A DNA stretch of 64,000 nt from Patescibacteria group bacterium. GTDB lineage: Bacteria; Patescibacteriota; Minisyncoccia; Phycocordibacterales; Phycocordibacteraceae. The DNA is taken from contig JACDGK010000001.1 of NCBI GenBank assembly GCA_013815345.1, positions 102,434 to 166,433 of the forward strand, written 5' to 3'. Position 1 is the stretch's first letter. Each line of letters opens with the position of its first letter. Below the pieces are notes generated by a model, which was given only the letters and a program-made list of their open reading frames with translations, was not told where the DNA came from and ran no database searches. Positions 48,169 to 58,334 of this stretch are shown here, in pieces. The translations under genes were made by a program, and so were the position numbers.

Positions 48169-49041
48169 ATGGCACGTGAAAAAATAGTACGGGCAGGAAA
48201 ACATGTATGGACTGTTTTTGTCTATATTTTTGCTGCTGTGGGCTTTGTGCTGGTCGTCGGGTATTTTGCCCTCCGATTTGGATTTACAAAAGTTCCCGGT
48301 ATCATTGATCTCCAGCGTCAAGCCTTCATCGGCAGCGCAACGACCTCAACCGCTGCGGTTATTAACCAAGCTCCTGAATATCCAAAGGGTACTCCCTGGC
48401 AAGATACCCAAGAGTGGCAGGTTCTTTCTGCAGCTATTACAAAAGATACGTCAGTTATAAACCAAGCAGCCACCACGTCGGGAGTACCTGCACGCCTCAT
48501 TGTGGCGAACCTCATCGTTGAGCAACTGCGTCTCTTTTTCACCGAACGCGGTTTCTACGAACAGTTCTTTGCACCATTAAAGATTCTTGGCTCGCAGACA
48601 CAATTCTCCTGGGGCGTTATGGGTATGAAAGAAGCGACTGCGGTGCAAGTTGAAAACAATCTCAAGAATCCAACCTCTCCCTACTATCTCGGTCCGCAGT
48701 ACGAACATCTTCTTGATCTTAGTGCCACTGCGACGACCTCTATCGAGCAGCAGCGGTTCATCCGAATGACTGACCAACACCAGCATTACTATAACTATCT
48801 CTATGCCGGCCTCTACATACGAGAAATAGAAAATCAGTGGCAGAATGCTGGCTTCCCTATTACAAACAGACCTGATGTTATTTCCACGCTCTACAATATC
48901 GGATTTGAACATTCGATGCCAAATGCAAACCCGCAGGTGGGAGGCGCTGCGATTGTCATCAATGGTGTCACGTATAGTTTCGGCGGTCTCGCGAATCAGT
49001 TCTACCAATCCGACCTGCTCACAAATATCTTCCCGAAATAG
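48169..49041 (+). CDS. membrane-anchored hypothetical protein
   Basis: N-terminal TM helix. No known motif. Confidence 0.5.
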   Translation: MAREKIVRAGKHVWTVFVYIFAAVGFVLVVGYFALRFGFTKVPGIIDLQRQAFIGSATTSTAAVINQAPEYPKGTPWQDTQEWQVLSAAITKDTSVINQAATTSGVPARLIVANLIVEQLRLFFTERGFYEQFFAPLKILGSQTQFSWGVMGMKEATAVQVENNLKNPTSPYYLGPQYEHLLDLSATATTSIEQQRFIRMTDQHQHYYNYLYAGLYIREIENQWQNAGFPITNRPDVISTLYNIGFEHSMPNANPQVGGAAIVINGVTYSFGGLANQFYQSDLLTNIFPK

Positions 49042-49084
49042 AATCGATTGAAAGGCGTCATCTTTTACGTTAAGCTCGAAGAAA

Positions 49085-49158
49085 CCATCCTTAGCTCAGT
49101 TGGTTAGAGCATCGAGCTTATACCTCGAGGGTCCCTGGTTCGAGTCCAGGAGGATGGA
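49085..49158 (+). tRNA. tRNA-Ile with a UAU anticodon
   Basis: CCATCCT acceptor, D-arm GCTC-AGTTGGTTA-GAGC, anticodon arm TCGAG-CTTATAC-CTCGA, T-arm CCTGG-TTCGAGT-CCAGG, discriminator A. Confidence 0.8.
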
Positions 49159-49182
49159 CTACGAAAGTGACGTGTGTGAAAA

Positions 49183-49209
49183 TGGGCCGGAGTCAGCATG
49201 ACTCCGGCC
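49183..49209. terminator. bidirectional hairpin terminator
   Basis: GGGCCGGAGTCAGCATGACTCCGGCCC: an 11-bp stem. Confidence 0.6.
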
Positions 49210-49233
49210 CATTGTGTCTGTTTGGAAAAGTTC

Positions 49234-49740
49234 CTATGCGAACTCTCGAGCGGCGAGAAGGCCGCATTCAACGAGCATGTCGACATGTTTGCGCATGAAG
49301 CCACCACCCATGACGCTTGCACGAAAATTTTCCACCGTGAAAAACTCTGGCTGCTCGCCTTCATTTTCCGTATGACTTGAGTGCATTCCGGCGGCCTCAC
49401 TCTTGGTGAGATTCGCAGTGAAGAGAATATCTACATAGGGACCATTCGGCCCCTTTCGATCCCACTTGCCGGCAAATTCAAAGCGAGCGGTGGGCAACAA
49501 GATACCCGTCTCACCGGTGAACTCCCTTTGGGCCGTTTGAAGAGGGTCTTCGCCGGGCTGCTTATGGCCAGCCGCCATTTTATATTTTGGATCGCGTCGC
49601 GAAGGTTCGATCACAAAAATATAGCCTACCGGCAAGGCACTAGTAGGGATTTCTCCGTCAGGATATACCCGAGCGAACGTCATCCCGCACCACTCGTCGA
49701 GCGGCCAGATATCGTGCTCTCTAAAATCAAATACTGGCAC
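49234..49740 (-). CDS. NUDIX-family hydrolase
   Basis: Nudix-like box GHKQPGEDPLQTAQREFTGETGI. Confidence 0.7.
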   Translation of the reverse strand: MPVFDFREHDIWPLDEWCGMTFARVYPDGEIPTSALPVGYIFVIEPSRRDPKYKMAAGHKQPGEDPLQTAQREFTGETGILLPTARFEFAGKWDRKGPNGPYVDILFTANLTKSEAAGMHSSHTENEGEQPEFFTVENFRASVMGGGFMRKHVDMLVECGLLAAREFA

Positions 49741-49835
49741 TTCACGCTTCCCTATTTGCAGAATTGAAGCACCGTGTTGGAACTCCTATTTATATTGTAT
49801 AGTATTTATTATAAAAGTCAACTGCTCAAAAAATC

Positions 49836-51887
49836 CTACCCCACGATTACCGCTCCCTCAGAATAGGTCTCGTCTTTTACTTTCGGGGTAATGCCGTTTG
49901 CGATCAAGAGCTTTTCAAAATCTTCGCGTTCAAGTGTTTCTACTTCCACAAGTCGGAGAGCAATGGCGTCAAGTGCGCCGCGGTGTTTGGTGATGACCTC
50001 GGTTGCGGTCTTTTTTCCTTTCTCCACAATCTGTGCGACTTCGCTGTCGATCTTGGCTGCAAGATCTTGAGAATACGACTCCGGTCCAAATGCGCGGTCT
50101 GAGGCAAAAGCCGCCGGGCCGATCGTGTCACTCATACCATAGCGAGCGACCATGTCGCGAGCGACTGCGGTAGCAACGGCGAGATCATTTGAAGGTCCTG
50201 TTGTCACATCATCAAATATCATCGTTTCAGCAGCGTATCCTCCGAGCATGGTCGCGATGTCATCGATAAATTCTTTTTTGGATGGCATTTTCTTATCTTC
50301 AAACGGAAGTTTCAAAGTGTACCCCCCAGCGCGTCCGCGACTGATGATAGAAACTTTATGGACAGGGTCTGCGTATGGAAGCACTGAAGAGACAAGCGCA
50401 TGGCCCGCTTCATGATATGCCGTGATGCGTTTTTCTTTCGGTGAAAGGAGATGCGACTTGCGTTCAGGACCAAGCATGACCTTCTCGATCGAACGTATGA
50501 GATCATACTGGGTGATTTCCGTGCGGCTTTCACGCGCAGCAAGGATTGCTGCTTCATTCATGAGTGAGTAGAGCTCAGCTCCAGAGAAACCAGGCGTGCG
50601 TTCAGCGATAACATCAAAGTTTATGTCCGGGCCAAACGGCTTCTTGCGAGCGTGCACAGAAAGTATCTCGAGGCGGTCTTTGCGATCGGGTAGATCGATA
50701 GTCACGCGTCGGTCAAAACGACCGGGGCGCAAAAGCGCAGGATCGAGTACATCAGGACGGTTTGTTGCGGCCATTACGATCACCTTCTCTGTTGGCTCAA
50801 ATCCATCCATCTCGACGAGAATCTGGTTGAGTGTCTGTTCGCGTTCATCGTTACCTCCACCAACACCAGAGCCACGCACTCGACCCACCGCATCGATCTC
50901 ATCGACAAAAATGATGGCCGGTGCTGAACGTTTCGCCATCTGGAAGAGATCGCGGACACGGCTTGCGCCGACACCCACGAACATTTCAACGAATTCAGAA
51001 CCTGAGATGGAATAAAAAGGAACACCCGCTTCTCCTGCTACCGCGCGAGCGAGCAACGTCTTTCCTGTGCCTGGAGCTCCCATGAGAAGAATGCCTTTCG
51101 GAATGCGCGCACCGATATCCAGGAATTTTTTAGGATTCTTTAAGAAATCCACTATTTCAAGCAGTTCTTCTTTCGCTTCTTTGGCGCCCGCAACGTCTGC
51201 AAATGTCACGCGCTGATTCGTATCTGCGGGATCGATCATGCGTGCTTTAGATTGTCCAAACGTAAATGCTTGCATGCCCGCACCTTTTACCTGGCGCGCG
51301 AGAAACCAGAACAACACCGCGAGAAGGATCGTCGGCAAAATAAGTGGTCCCAGCGTGATCAGCCAATACGTAAACCCGGACTCGTTCGCAATCGTGATTG
51401 CAACTTTCGAGAGCTGGTCAGGTGTTACACCATACGGTACAAGTGTTTCAGGAAGACCTGAGTTAGGATCTTTCATCGAAGTCTTTTCACTCTTGTCGTT
51501 ATACGTAAGCGTCAGGTCATTTCCTGAAACCTTGATGGTGCTTATTGTTCCTGCCTTTATGTCATTAGCTACCTGCGAAAGTGAAATGATCGGCTTCGCT
51601 TTCGTCCCCGTAACGATAAGCGTGTAGGCACTCATCAAAAGAAGAAAGATGAGAATGATCGAGATAAGATTGCCGGTAAAGCCGCCTCCAGACGTAAAGA
51701 GACGACCGGGTCCTCGCCCTTTAGGACCGTTCGGCAACTTCTTGCCGTGCCTGTTCCCCTTTTGATCCTTTCGGTTCTTGGGTCCCTGAGGCTCCGGCGG
51801 TAGTTGCGGAGGTATTGGATTGCGGATAGGAGCCATGACTTCGACACTATACAATAATATGTATAGTAATGAAACAACATCGTTCAC
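49836..51887 (-). CDS. ftsH: ATP-dependent zinc metalloprotease FtsH
   Basis: Walker [12 protein letters not shown] region, zinc motif HEAGHAL. Confidence 0.95.
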   Translation of the reverse strand: MNDVVSLLYILLYSVEVMAPIRNPIPPQLPPEPQGPKNRKDQKGNRHGKKLPNGPKGRGPGRLFTSGGGFTGNLISIILIFLLLMSAYTLIVTGTKAKPIISLSQVANDIKAGTISTIKVSGNDLTLTYNDKSEKTSMKDPNSGLPETLVPYGVTPDQLSKVAITIANESGFTYWLITLGPLILPTILLAVLFWFLARQVKGAGMQAFTFGQSKARMIDPADTNQRVTFADVAGAKEAKEELLEIVDFLKNPKKFLDIGARIPKGILLMGAPGTGKTLLARAVAGEAGVPFYSISGSEFVEMFVGVGASRVRDLFQMAKRSAPAIIFVDEIDAVGRVRGSGVGGGNDEREQTLNQILVEMDGFEPTEKVIVMAATNRPDVLDPALLRPGRFDRRVTIDLPDRKDRLEILSVHARKKPFGPDINFDVIAERTPGFSGAELYSLMNEAAILAARESRTEITQYDLIRSIEKVMLGPERKSHLLSPKEKRITAYHEAGHALVSSVLPYADPVHKVSIISRGRAGGYTLKLPFEDKKMPSKKEFIDDIATMLGGYAAETMIFDDVTTGPSNDLAVATAVARDMVARYGMSDTIGPAAFASDRAFGPESYSQDLAAKIDSEVAQIVEKGKKTATEVITKHRGALDAIALRLVEVETLEREDFEKLLIANGITPKVKDETYSEGAVIVG

Positions 51888-51900
51888 TTAGAAGTTCGGT

Positions 51901-52344
51901 ATGAATTTACTCGAAAATAAAAAAGTCAGACTACGCTTTTCCCTACTCGAATCCTTCCAGGCGGGCATGGAGCTTTCGGGTGGCGAAGTAAAGGCGCTGC
52001 GCAACAAACTTGGCAGCTTGGAGGGTTCGCGCGTACTCGTGCGAGGTGGAGAAGCATACCTTGTTGGTTCAACGATACCGCCGTACCAAACTGCAAACAC
52101 TACAACGACCTATGACCCGGAACGAACGCGTCGACTACTCCTTTCGAAGAAAGAAATCGCAGAACTTGCTGAAGCAGAATCACGTAAAGGCTTGACAGTA
52201 GTGCCTTTAGAAGTGTATAATGCGGGCAGGTATATTAAGCTACGCGTAGCGATTGCGCGCGGCAAAGGCAAAGAGGACAAGCGTGAAGATTTAAAGAAAA
52301 AAGATGCCGACCGCGAGAGCGCACGTCTCTTGAGAAAGAAATAA
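51901..52344 (+). CDS. smpB: SsrA-binding protein
   Basis: SmpB fold signature GGEVKALRNK...YDPER.RRLLL.K.EI. Confidence 0.9.
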   Translation: MNLLENKKVRLRFSLLESFQAGMELSGGEVKALRNKLGSLEGSRVLVRGGEAYLVGSTIPPYQTANTTTTYDPERTRRLLLSKKEIAELAEAESRKGLTVVPLEVYNAGRYIKLRVAIARGKGKEDKREDLKKKDADRESARLLRKK

Positions 52345-52432
52345 TGTTCGACGTCGTCGTTACTAAGAGACAGTTTTGAATAGATATCGGCCAGTCGCGG
52401 GCTCGATTGCTTCTCCTGAAGCAATCGAGCCC

Positions 52433-52849
52433 GGGGGTGACCGGTTTTGACGGTCTGCCCTTTGAGAAACGTGCGACGCGATGGAATCTTGCTGACCATC
52501 TGAATCTCGCAAGCACCCAATACCTGCCGACAAAACTGTTGCAGGCGCAAAGGTATCTCCGTACTTTACGGCAAAGAACTTTGCGTTCGCTTACGTGTAA
52601 GCTTGAGCCTCGGCTCGTTTAGCGTAACGACGTTCACTCTTCCCGGGTTCTCATAGCCGGTCGAATGGGCGAAATCTTCTATGGGATCGATAGCCGTGCG
52701 CCCACACGTGCTGTTCAGACTTCGGGCGTAGACAGAAAAGGTTTCGCTGACATTTCTACTTTTCTGTTGAAACACTAATAGCAGCTACGTGTCGTAGACT
52801 CGTTCTCAAAGCCAGATTCGGACGGGGGATCATACCCCCCACCTCCACC
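52433..52849 (+). ncRNA. ssrA: tmRNA (transfer-messenger RNA)
   Basis: It starts immediately 3' of smpB. 5' GGGGGTGACCGG... pairs with 3' ...CCCCCCACCTCCACC. The acceptor has a G3:U70 wobble. The T-arm-like stem is GGGGG-ATCATAC-CCCCC. Confidence 0.75.
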
Positions 52850-52884
52850 GATATAGAACTATATGGAAACATATAGAACATTAA

Positions 52885-52911
52885 GGCCACTCAAAGGAGT
52901 GGTCTTTTGTT
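52885..52911 (+). terminator. rho-independent terminator downstream of the tmRNA
   Basis: GGCCACTCAAAGGAGTGGTC followed by TTTTGTTT. Confidence 0.55.
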
Positions 52912-53002
52912 TAGTATGAAAATGAAGAAGCCCCGAGAGAGACTGAGGCTCTTCGGGACTCGATAGGCTAATCATTACTGTGAGAGTTTAGAACTTTCTG
53001 AA

Positions 53003-53467
53003 TTATGCGCTCGTTGAAATTGAGATGTCTGCATAACGATCCAGATAGTGAATGGCGATAGTTGGAAACTCAACTTTTAAAAGAGCTTCTCTTTTCGTAG
53101 CGGTTGCTCTCCAACGCTCTGTATCCTCAATACCAAAAATGACATTGTTGGGCTGAAGTATCGACAGAATATCTGGATGAGACGTGTCTATATCTGAGAT
53201 AAAAACACGATCAACACATCGTAACGATTCCACCATTTGTGCTCGATATTTCTCCGAGACAATTGGCCTCCTTGAGCCTTTATACGATGCAACATTTATA
53301 TCTGATAGAACACATGCGACTAAGACAGCTCCAAGCTTCTTTGAGCGCTCGAGCAAATGAACATGTCCGACGTGCAGAAGATCAAAGCTGCCACCCACCA
53401 ACGTTACCGACTTTCCTTGACGTACCGAGTCTTTTACCGCTTGAGCGGACATAAAAACTTTACCCAC
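53003..53467 (-). CDS. cytidylyltransferase-like nucleotidyltransferase
   Basis: HxGH motif GGSFDLLHVGHVHLL. 154 aa. Confidence 0.75.
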   Translation of the reverse strand: MGKVFMSAQAVKDSVRQGKSVTLVGGSFDLLHVGHVHLLERSKKLGAVLVACVLSDINVASYKGSRRPIVSEKYRAQMVESLRCVDRVFISDIDTSHPDILSILQPNNVIFGIEDTERWRATATKREALLKVEFPTIAIHYLDRYADISISTSA

Positions 53468-53588
53468 GACATTCTCCTTCCAAACTCATGATTCTAAAAA
53501 TACTATACAATATAAGTATAATATAAGCAACACATGCACATAATTTATGAGCGGTAGTGCATGCACATTAAAATGCTACGATTACTCT

Positions 53589-54059
53589 ATGCCCAAGAAA
53601 TATACTGATGAGGAGTACGCTGCCCTACTCCCCAAAAAACAAGTTGGGACTGCAGTACTGCTTTTTAATACCAAGGGCGAATTGCTTATTGTAAAACCAG
53701 ACTATAAGGACGGGTGGCTCGTCCCCGGAGGTTCCGCTGATGAAAACGAATCTCCTCTTCATTGTGCTCTGCGAGAGACGAAAGAAGAGCTCGGACTTGA
53801 GCTCACTACGTTGCAGCTAGTAGGAGTATATTATGCTCCCAAAAAAGGAGTATATACAGATTCACTTAAGTTTATATATTTCGGTGGAGTCTTAAACGAG
53901 GATAAAATAGCAACGATAATGTTGGAGACCGAAGAACTCGAGGAATATACCTTTACTGCCACAGAAGATGCGTTGCCGCTTTTATCTTCGAGCTTACAAA
54001 AGAGCTTACCAAAAAGCCTTGAGGCTATAAAAAATAATACTGTTGCCTATATTGAGTAA
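53589..54059 (+). CDS. NUDIX hydrolase
   Basis: Nudix box GGSADENESPLHCALRETKEELGL. Confidence 0.8.
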   Translation: MPKKYTDEEYAALLPKKQVGTAVLLFNTKGELLIVKPDYKDGWLVPGGSADENESPLHCALRETKEELGLELTTLQLVGVYYAPKKGVYTDSLKFIYFGGVLNEDKIATIMLETEELEEYTFTATEDALPLLSSSLQKSLPKSLEAIKNNTVAYIE

Positions 54060-54119
54060 AAGGAAATCCGGGACGACTCGCATGTGCGAATAATCCCGGA
54101 TTACAAGTTTGAATCTGCT

Positions 54120-54686
54120 TTAGTCTTCATAGTCTTTTGACCAAGGGAAAGAGTAGCTACCTCGGGGAAGAATAGAGAAATCAGGTTTCCTGCTTGCGAC
54201 GTACGCAAGCGTAGATACTTTTATCTCCTCAGCGCCCGATGCGGTTAGATATTCAATCGCCACGTCAATCGTTGCTCCAGTATGTAGAGAATCATCTACA
54301 ATTAATACCTTTTTACCGGAAACATTCCCATTGCTTTGCGCCGAGACCACAGGCTTTACAGTCTGGAACAAGTAATGGTGATACATACTCATAATCCAGC
54401 GCAGAGGTATTGGATCAAGGCTATACCTGCGTGCGATGGTAATATTTCGACGAACAAGCAGATGCAGCACTGGAATATCTAACGTTTCTCCGATTCGTTC
54501 ACCAGGCACTGACCCTCCCGTATCTATGGCAATGACCATATCAGGGTTGTAGCTTTTCTTAAGCTCTTGTGCGAGCGCGTCGCAATACGCAAACACTTCT
54601 TGCCGAGAGATTCTTACTCTTGTTCTATCCGCGAGCAGATCTTGCACTATTCTTAGAAACAAAGGACTCTTCATTTCGCACCTCAT
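54120..54686 (-). CDS. type I phosphoribosyltransferase
   Basis: PRPP-binding motif VLIVDDSLHTGAT. Confidence 0.8.
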   Translation of the reverse strand: MRCEMKSPLFLRIVQDLLADRTRVRISRQEVFAYCDALAQELKKSYNPDMVIAIDTGGSVPGERIGETLDIPVLHLLVRRNITIARRYSLDPIPLRWIMSMYHHYLFQTVKPVVSAQSNGNVSGKKVLIVDDSLHTGATIDVAIEYLTASGAEEIKVSTLAYVASRKPDFSILPRGSYSFPWSKDYED

Positions 54687-55116
54687 TTTGATATAGACAA
54701 AAAGCTTTCAAGAGCACCATACCACATAATCAGATTCTGTCATCCTACTAACAGGTAACGGATTGATTCAAGGTTCTAATCTCTCATCCTAGTTTTGAGC
54801 ACTCTGTAGGCACATATTGGCTTTCGTGTACTCATTTTGATACCCACTCATCCACCACTCGTAGGAAATACGAGGAGCTGTTTTGCATCAGCGAGGTTCT
54901 AACCTGGAATAACCAATTCCACTAATAAATAGAGCGGCCGCCTTCTTAGGCGGTTTTCGCTTATTAGTGGAAGTGGAAGAAGCGAACTACTTCGCTTCTG
55001 TGGGGTATGACCGGCCGGAGCATGTGCGAGTCATCGAGCAAGCGAGGCGAGGTCGAGAGCACTTAACGAGTCTTCGAGTTTAGTGACTCATGACTCAATC
55101 CCCCACCTCCACAAAT

Positions 55117-55143
55117 GTAAAAATCGCTTAAAGCGATTTTTAC
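55117..55143. terminator. perfect palindromic terminator downstream of the flavoprotein gene
   Basis: GTAAAAATCGCTT-A-AAGCGATTTTTAC. Confidence 0.55.
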
Positions 55144-55155
55144 GCAACCTTCGTA

Positions 55156-55821
55156 CTACTCCTTCTCACTTTTACTTACTTTCTTTGCTTCTTCAGTGAG
55201 CTCATTCAAATTTGTAGGTATAGGGTTTTTTTTCAGAAGATTCGCCATGTACGTCAGGTTATAGACCATGTGACGAAGCGTTTTGTTGGTATAGAGTGCT
55301 TTTTCTCCACCGGCTTCAAGATAGCTGGGGCCAGGACCTGCGCTTCCAACCCAGTAGGTGTTCGACGTAGGAGGGAGCGTACAACCGAGCTCATTTAATG
55401 CCCATGCCACGCGTGCAACAACGGCATGTGCGCCATCCTCGTTTCCGGTAACGATAACTCCAGCAACTTTTCCATACATAATGGTCTGACCAGTTTCAGA
55501 ATCCATAAGTTCTTTCTCATGGAATACGGCATCCAGACGTTCAATGACACGTTGAGCCAATGAGCCCGTGAAGCCAACCCATATTGGCGTCGCAATAATA
55601 AATATGTCGCATTCTTTTACTTTAACGAGAAGTTCCGGCCACTGATCTCCGTCACCCTCATCTGAACTTGTGCCTGGTTGCACGGTATAATCGGCTATAC
55701 GTAAAACTTCTGTTTGCACATTGAGGATTGAAAACTGTTCGGCTACTTTATGAATAAGCGCATCTGTATTAGAGATAGCGGGCGATTTTTTAAGTGTGCA
55801 ATTGAATATAAGCGCTTTCAT
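55156..55821 (-). CDS. flavodoxin-like NAD(P)H-dependent FMN reductase
   Basis: Flavodoxin-like fold motifs (MKALIFNCTLKKS..., IFIIATPIWVGF). Confidence 0.8.
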   Translation of the reverse strand: MKALIFNCTLKKSPAISNTDALIHKVAEQFSILNVQTEVLRIADYTVQPGTSSDEGDGDQWPELLVKVKECDIFIIATPIWVGFTGSLAQRVIERLDAVFHEKELMDSETGQTIMYGKVAGVIVTGNEDGAHAVVARVAWALNELGCTLPPTSNTYWVGSAGPGPSYLEAGGEKALYTNKTLRHMVYNLTYMANLLKKNPIPTNLNELTEEAKKVSKSEKE

Positions 55822-55827
55822 AAGTAT

Positions 55828-56187
55828 TTATGCAGGTTGCCAAAGTTCAATAGGATTTCCCTCTGGATCCTGTACCCGCGCGAACTTTCCCATCTCTGGC
55901 GATGCGTTCCATTCATCACGTACCTCTACCTCCACACCCTTTCCCTTGAGGTCTGCGATTAGGCCTTCCAGATCGGATACGCGGAAATTGATCATCCACT
56001 GCTTTTCGAGCGAGAAATAATCCGAATCCTTCGGAAACGGTTCGAGTACCGTAGGGCCTGCTGCTTGTTGCCATACAAATTCGCTGATAACTATACCGAG
56101 CACGTCGGTATACCACTTCTTAAGCGCCACTGGGTCATTGGCACGAAAGAATAGTCCGCCTATCCCTAAGATTTTGCTCATGGGCAT
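55828..56187 (-). CDS. VOC (glyoxalase/bleomycin-resistance) family protein
   Basis: 119 aa with a paired beta-alpha-beta-beta-beta signature and a DPEGNPIEL C-terminus. Confidence 0.8.
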   Translation of the reverse strand: MPMSKILGIGGLFFRANDPVALKKWYTDVLGIVISEFVWQQAAGPTVLEPFPKDSDYFSLEKQWMINFRVSDLEGLIADLKGKGVEVEVRDEWNASPEMGKFARVQDPEGNPIELWQPA

Positions 56188-56254
56188 AATTATACGCTAG
56201 TACCGCTGACCATTTTCGGGTTGAGTCTACTTGCGAAACCTATAAGATGAGCAC

Positions 56255-57079
56255 ATGGATCATTACACTTCTATAAAAAAGGTCGTTGAGCACATCGTGG
56301 AGAATAAATTACAGGCTCGCTCTCTTGAGGAAATCGCCGCATCCATGCAGATGAGTCCTGGCTACCTTCAAAAACTCTTTACAGAGTGGGTCGGCATTAC
56401 CCCCAAACAATTTGGAAGATATTTAAGCGTAGAATACGCTAAGGAACTCCTGAGGCAGAATCAGAATACTATGCAAGCGACTATTCATTCGGGGTTGAGC
56501 AGTAGCGGCAGACTCCACGACCTTTTTGTCGACATCGAGGCCATGACGCCGGGTGAGTATCAAAAACGAGGAGCTACTCTCACCATTAACTATTCAACAT
56601 TCGAAACCAAGTTTGGTTTGTGTTTGGTCGCTTCGACCGAGCGCGGTATCTGCAATATTCTTTTCTTCGAAAATCCAAAAGATGGCCTCCGAGAGCTTAC
56701 CTCTTTATGGCCAAAGGCGAATATCGTACATAAAATTGAACCTCTCCACGAGGCACTACGAGATTATTTCTCAAACCTAACATCTCAGTCAAAAATCAAA
56801 CTCCATCTGCAAGGAACGAATTTTCAGATCAAAGTATGGGAGGCACTTCTATCCATTCCGGAGGGCACCATTGCAACGTACGGTGAGATCGCTCGAAAGC
56901 TCGGCTCTCCCAATCAATCAAGAGCAGTAGGTGCTGCGGTTGGTGATAATCCAATCAGCTATCTTATTCCCTGCCACCGTGTACTTAAGTCGACTGGTGA
57001 GATAAGCGGGTACCGATGGGGCGTAAGCAGGAAGCGAGTCATGTTGGCATACGAAGCGATGCAGAAAGAAACGGCGTGA
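56255..57079 (+). CDS. Ada-like bifunctional protein: AraC-type HTH plus methylated-DNA-protein-cysteine methyltransferase
   Basis: C-terminal MGMT active site IPCHRV with an HTH_AraC region upstream. Confidence 0.85.
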   Translation: MDHYTSIKKVVEHIVENKLQARSLEEIAASMQMSPGYLQKLFTEWVGITPKQFGRYLSVEYAKELLRQNQNTMQATIHSGLSSSGRLHDLFVDIEAMTPGEYQKRGATLTINYSTFETKFGLCLVASTERGICNILFFENPKDGLRELTSLWPKANIVHKIEPLHEALRDYFSNLTSQSKIKLHLQGTNFQIKVWEALLSIPEGTIATYGEIARKLGSPNQSRAVGAAVGDNPISYLIPCHRVLKSTGEISGYRWGVSRKRVMLAYEAMQKETA

Positions 57080-57184
57080 GCGCGGCCGCTGAGTGGGTAG
57101 CTGAATAAAAAGAATGCCTTGTTCAGTACCTCGCTACAGTGGTATAGTCCCGTCAGACGTGATTTTTGATGAGGGAAACCACTT

Positions 57185-58264
57185 ATGGACAGGAATGCAG
57201 TGTTCCTTCCTGGTTCCGTCATAGGAATTTTGGGAGGTGGACAACTGGGCAAGATGACAGCGTTAGCCGCTTATCAGCTCGGCTATAAGGTGATCGTTTG
57301 GTGCCAAAGTGCGGAAGAGCCCGCGGCACAGATAGCGACCTATAAAGTCATCGCGCCCTTTGATGATCTTGAGGCGCGACAAAAGTTTCTCATGTACGCC
57401 GATGTCGTGACGTACGAGTTCGAGAATGTGTCTCACTCGCTTGCGGTTGCCATCGAGAAGACACGAGTACTGCGATCATCCGCAAGCATCCTCGCGATTA
57501 CCCAAAACCGCTGGGAGGAAAAAAGTTTCCTAAAACGCATCGGGATTCCGACGGTTCGCACGATGCCAATTCGTACCTATGCAGAAATGCAGGCATGTAA
57601 GATTTTTGCCGTTCCTTCAATACTCAAGACCGCCCAAAATGGGTACGATGGGAAGGGCCAGGTGCTTATTCGTACACACCAAGAACTCGAGACGAAGTGG
57701 CACCTTTTCAAAGGGGTGCCTTGCACACTCGAGGAAAAAGCAGCAGTCGAGTACGAAATATCAGTGATCGTCGCTCGAGATACACGTGGCCTCATCGAGA
57801 TGTATTCTCCGATCGAGAATGTGCATGTAGAGGGTATTCTTGATCGATCATATTATCCTGGTGATCACGCGTCTCCTGCCATTGAAGCGACTGCTCGCGC
57901 TATTGCCCAAACCATAGCAGAGCGCCTTCATCTTAATGGCCTTCTCGCAGTTGAAATGTTCGTTCTGAAAAATGGGCGGGTGCTCGTGAATGAGATTGCT
58001 CCGCGGCCACATAATTCGGGTCATTTAACGATCGAGGCGTGTCGCACCAGTCAATTTGAGCAACATGTGCGGGCGGTGTGTAATTTGCCGCTCGGCTCTA
58101 CGCACATGCGTCCCGGCACATGGGCCATGCAAAACTTGATCAACGTGGACGAGAAAGAGTGTGGTCGTTATTTCGGCAACGAGTGCGCAAGCGTTCATTG
58201 GTATGGGAAGAAAGAACCGCGCATTGGCCGTAAAATGGGTCACGTGACGTTTGGTCCCAAGTGA
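57185..58264 (+). CDS. purK: N5-carboxyaminoimidazole ribonucleotide synthase
   Basis: ATP-grasp fold. PurK-like N-terminus GILGGGQLGKM. Confidence 0.85.
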   Translation: MDRNAVFLPGSVIGILGGGQLGKMTALAAYQLGYKVIVWCQSAEEPAAQIATYKVIAPFDDLEARQKFLMYADVVTYEFENVSHSLAVAIEKTRVLRSSASILAITQNRWEEKSFLKRIGIPTVRTMPIRTYAEMQACKIFAVPSILKTAQNGYDGKGQVLIRTHQELETKWHLFKGVPCTLEEKAAVEYEISVIVARDTRGLIEMYSPIENVHVEGILDRSYYPGDHASPAIEATARAIAQTIAERLHLNGLLAVEMFVLKNGRVLVNEIAPRPHNSGHLTIEACRTSQFEQHVRAVCNLPLGSTHMRPGTWAMQNLINVDEKECGRYFGNECASVHWYGKKEPRIGRKMGHVTFGPK

Positions 58265-58334
58265 GTTCAAGCCGTTTCTTTCCTTCGGGATTGGGATGGC
58301 TTTTCTTTTTTATATTCCTCCGTATGCTGCTTTT

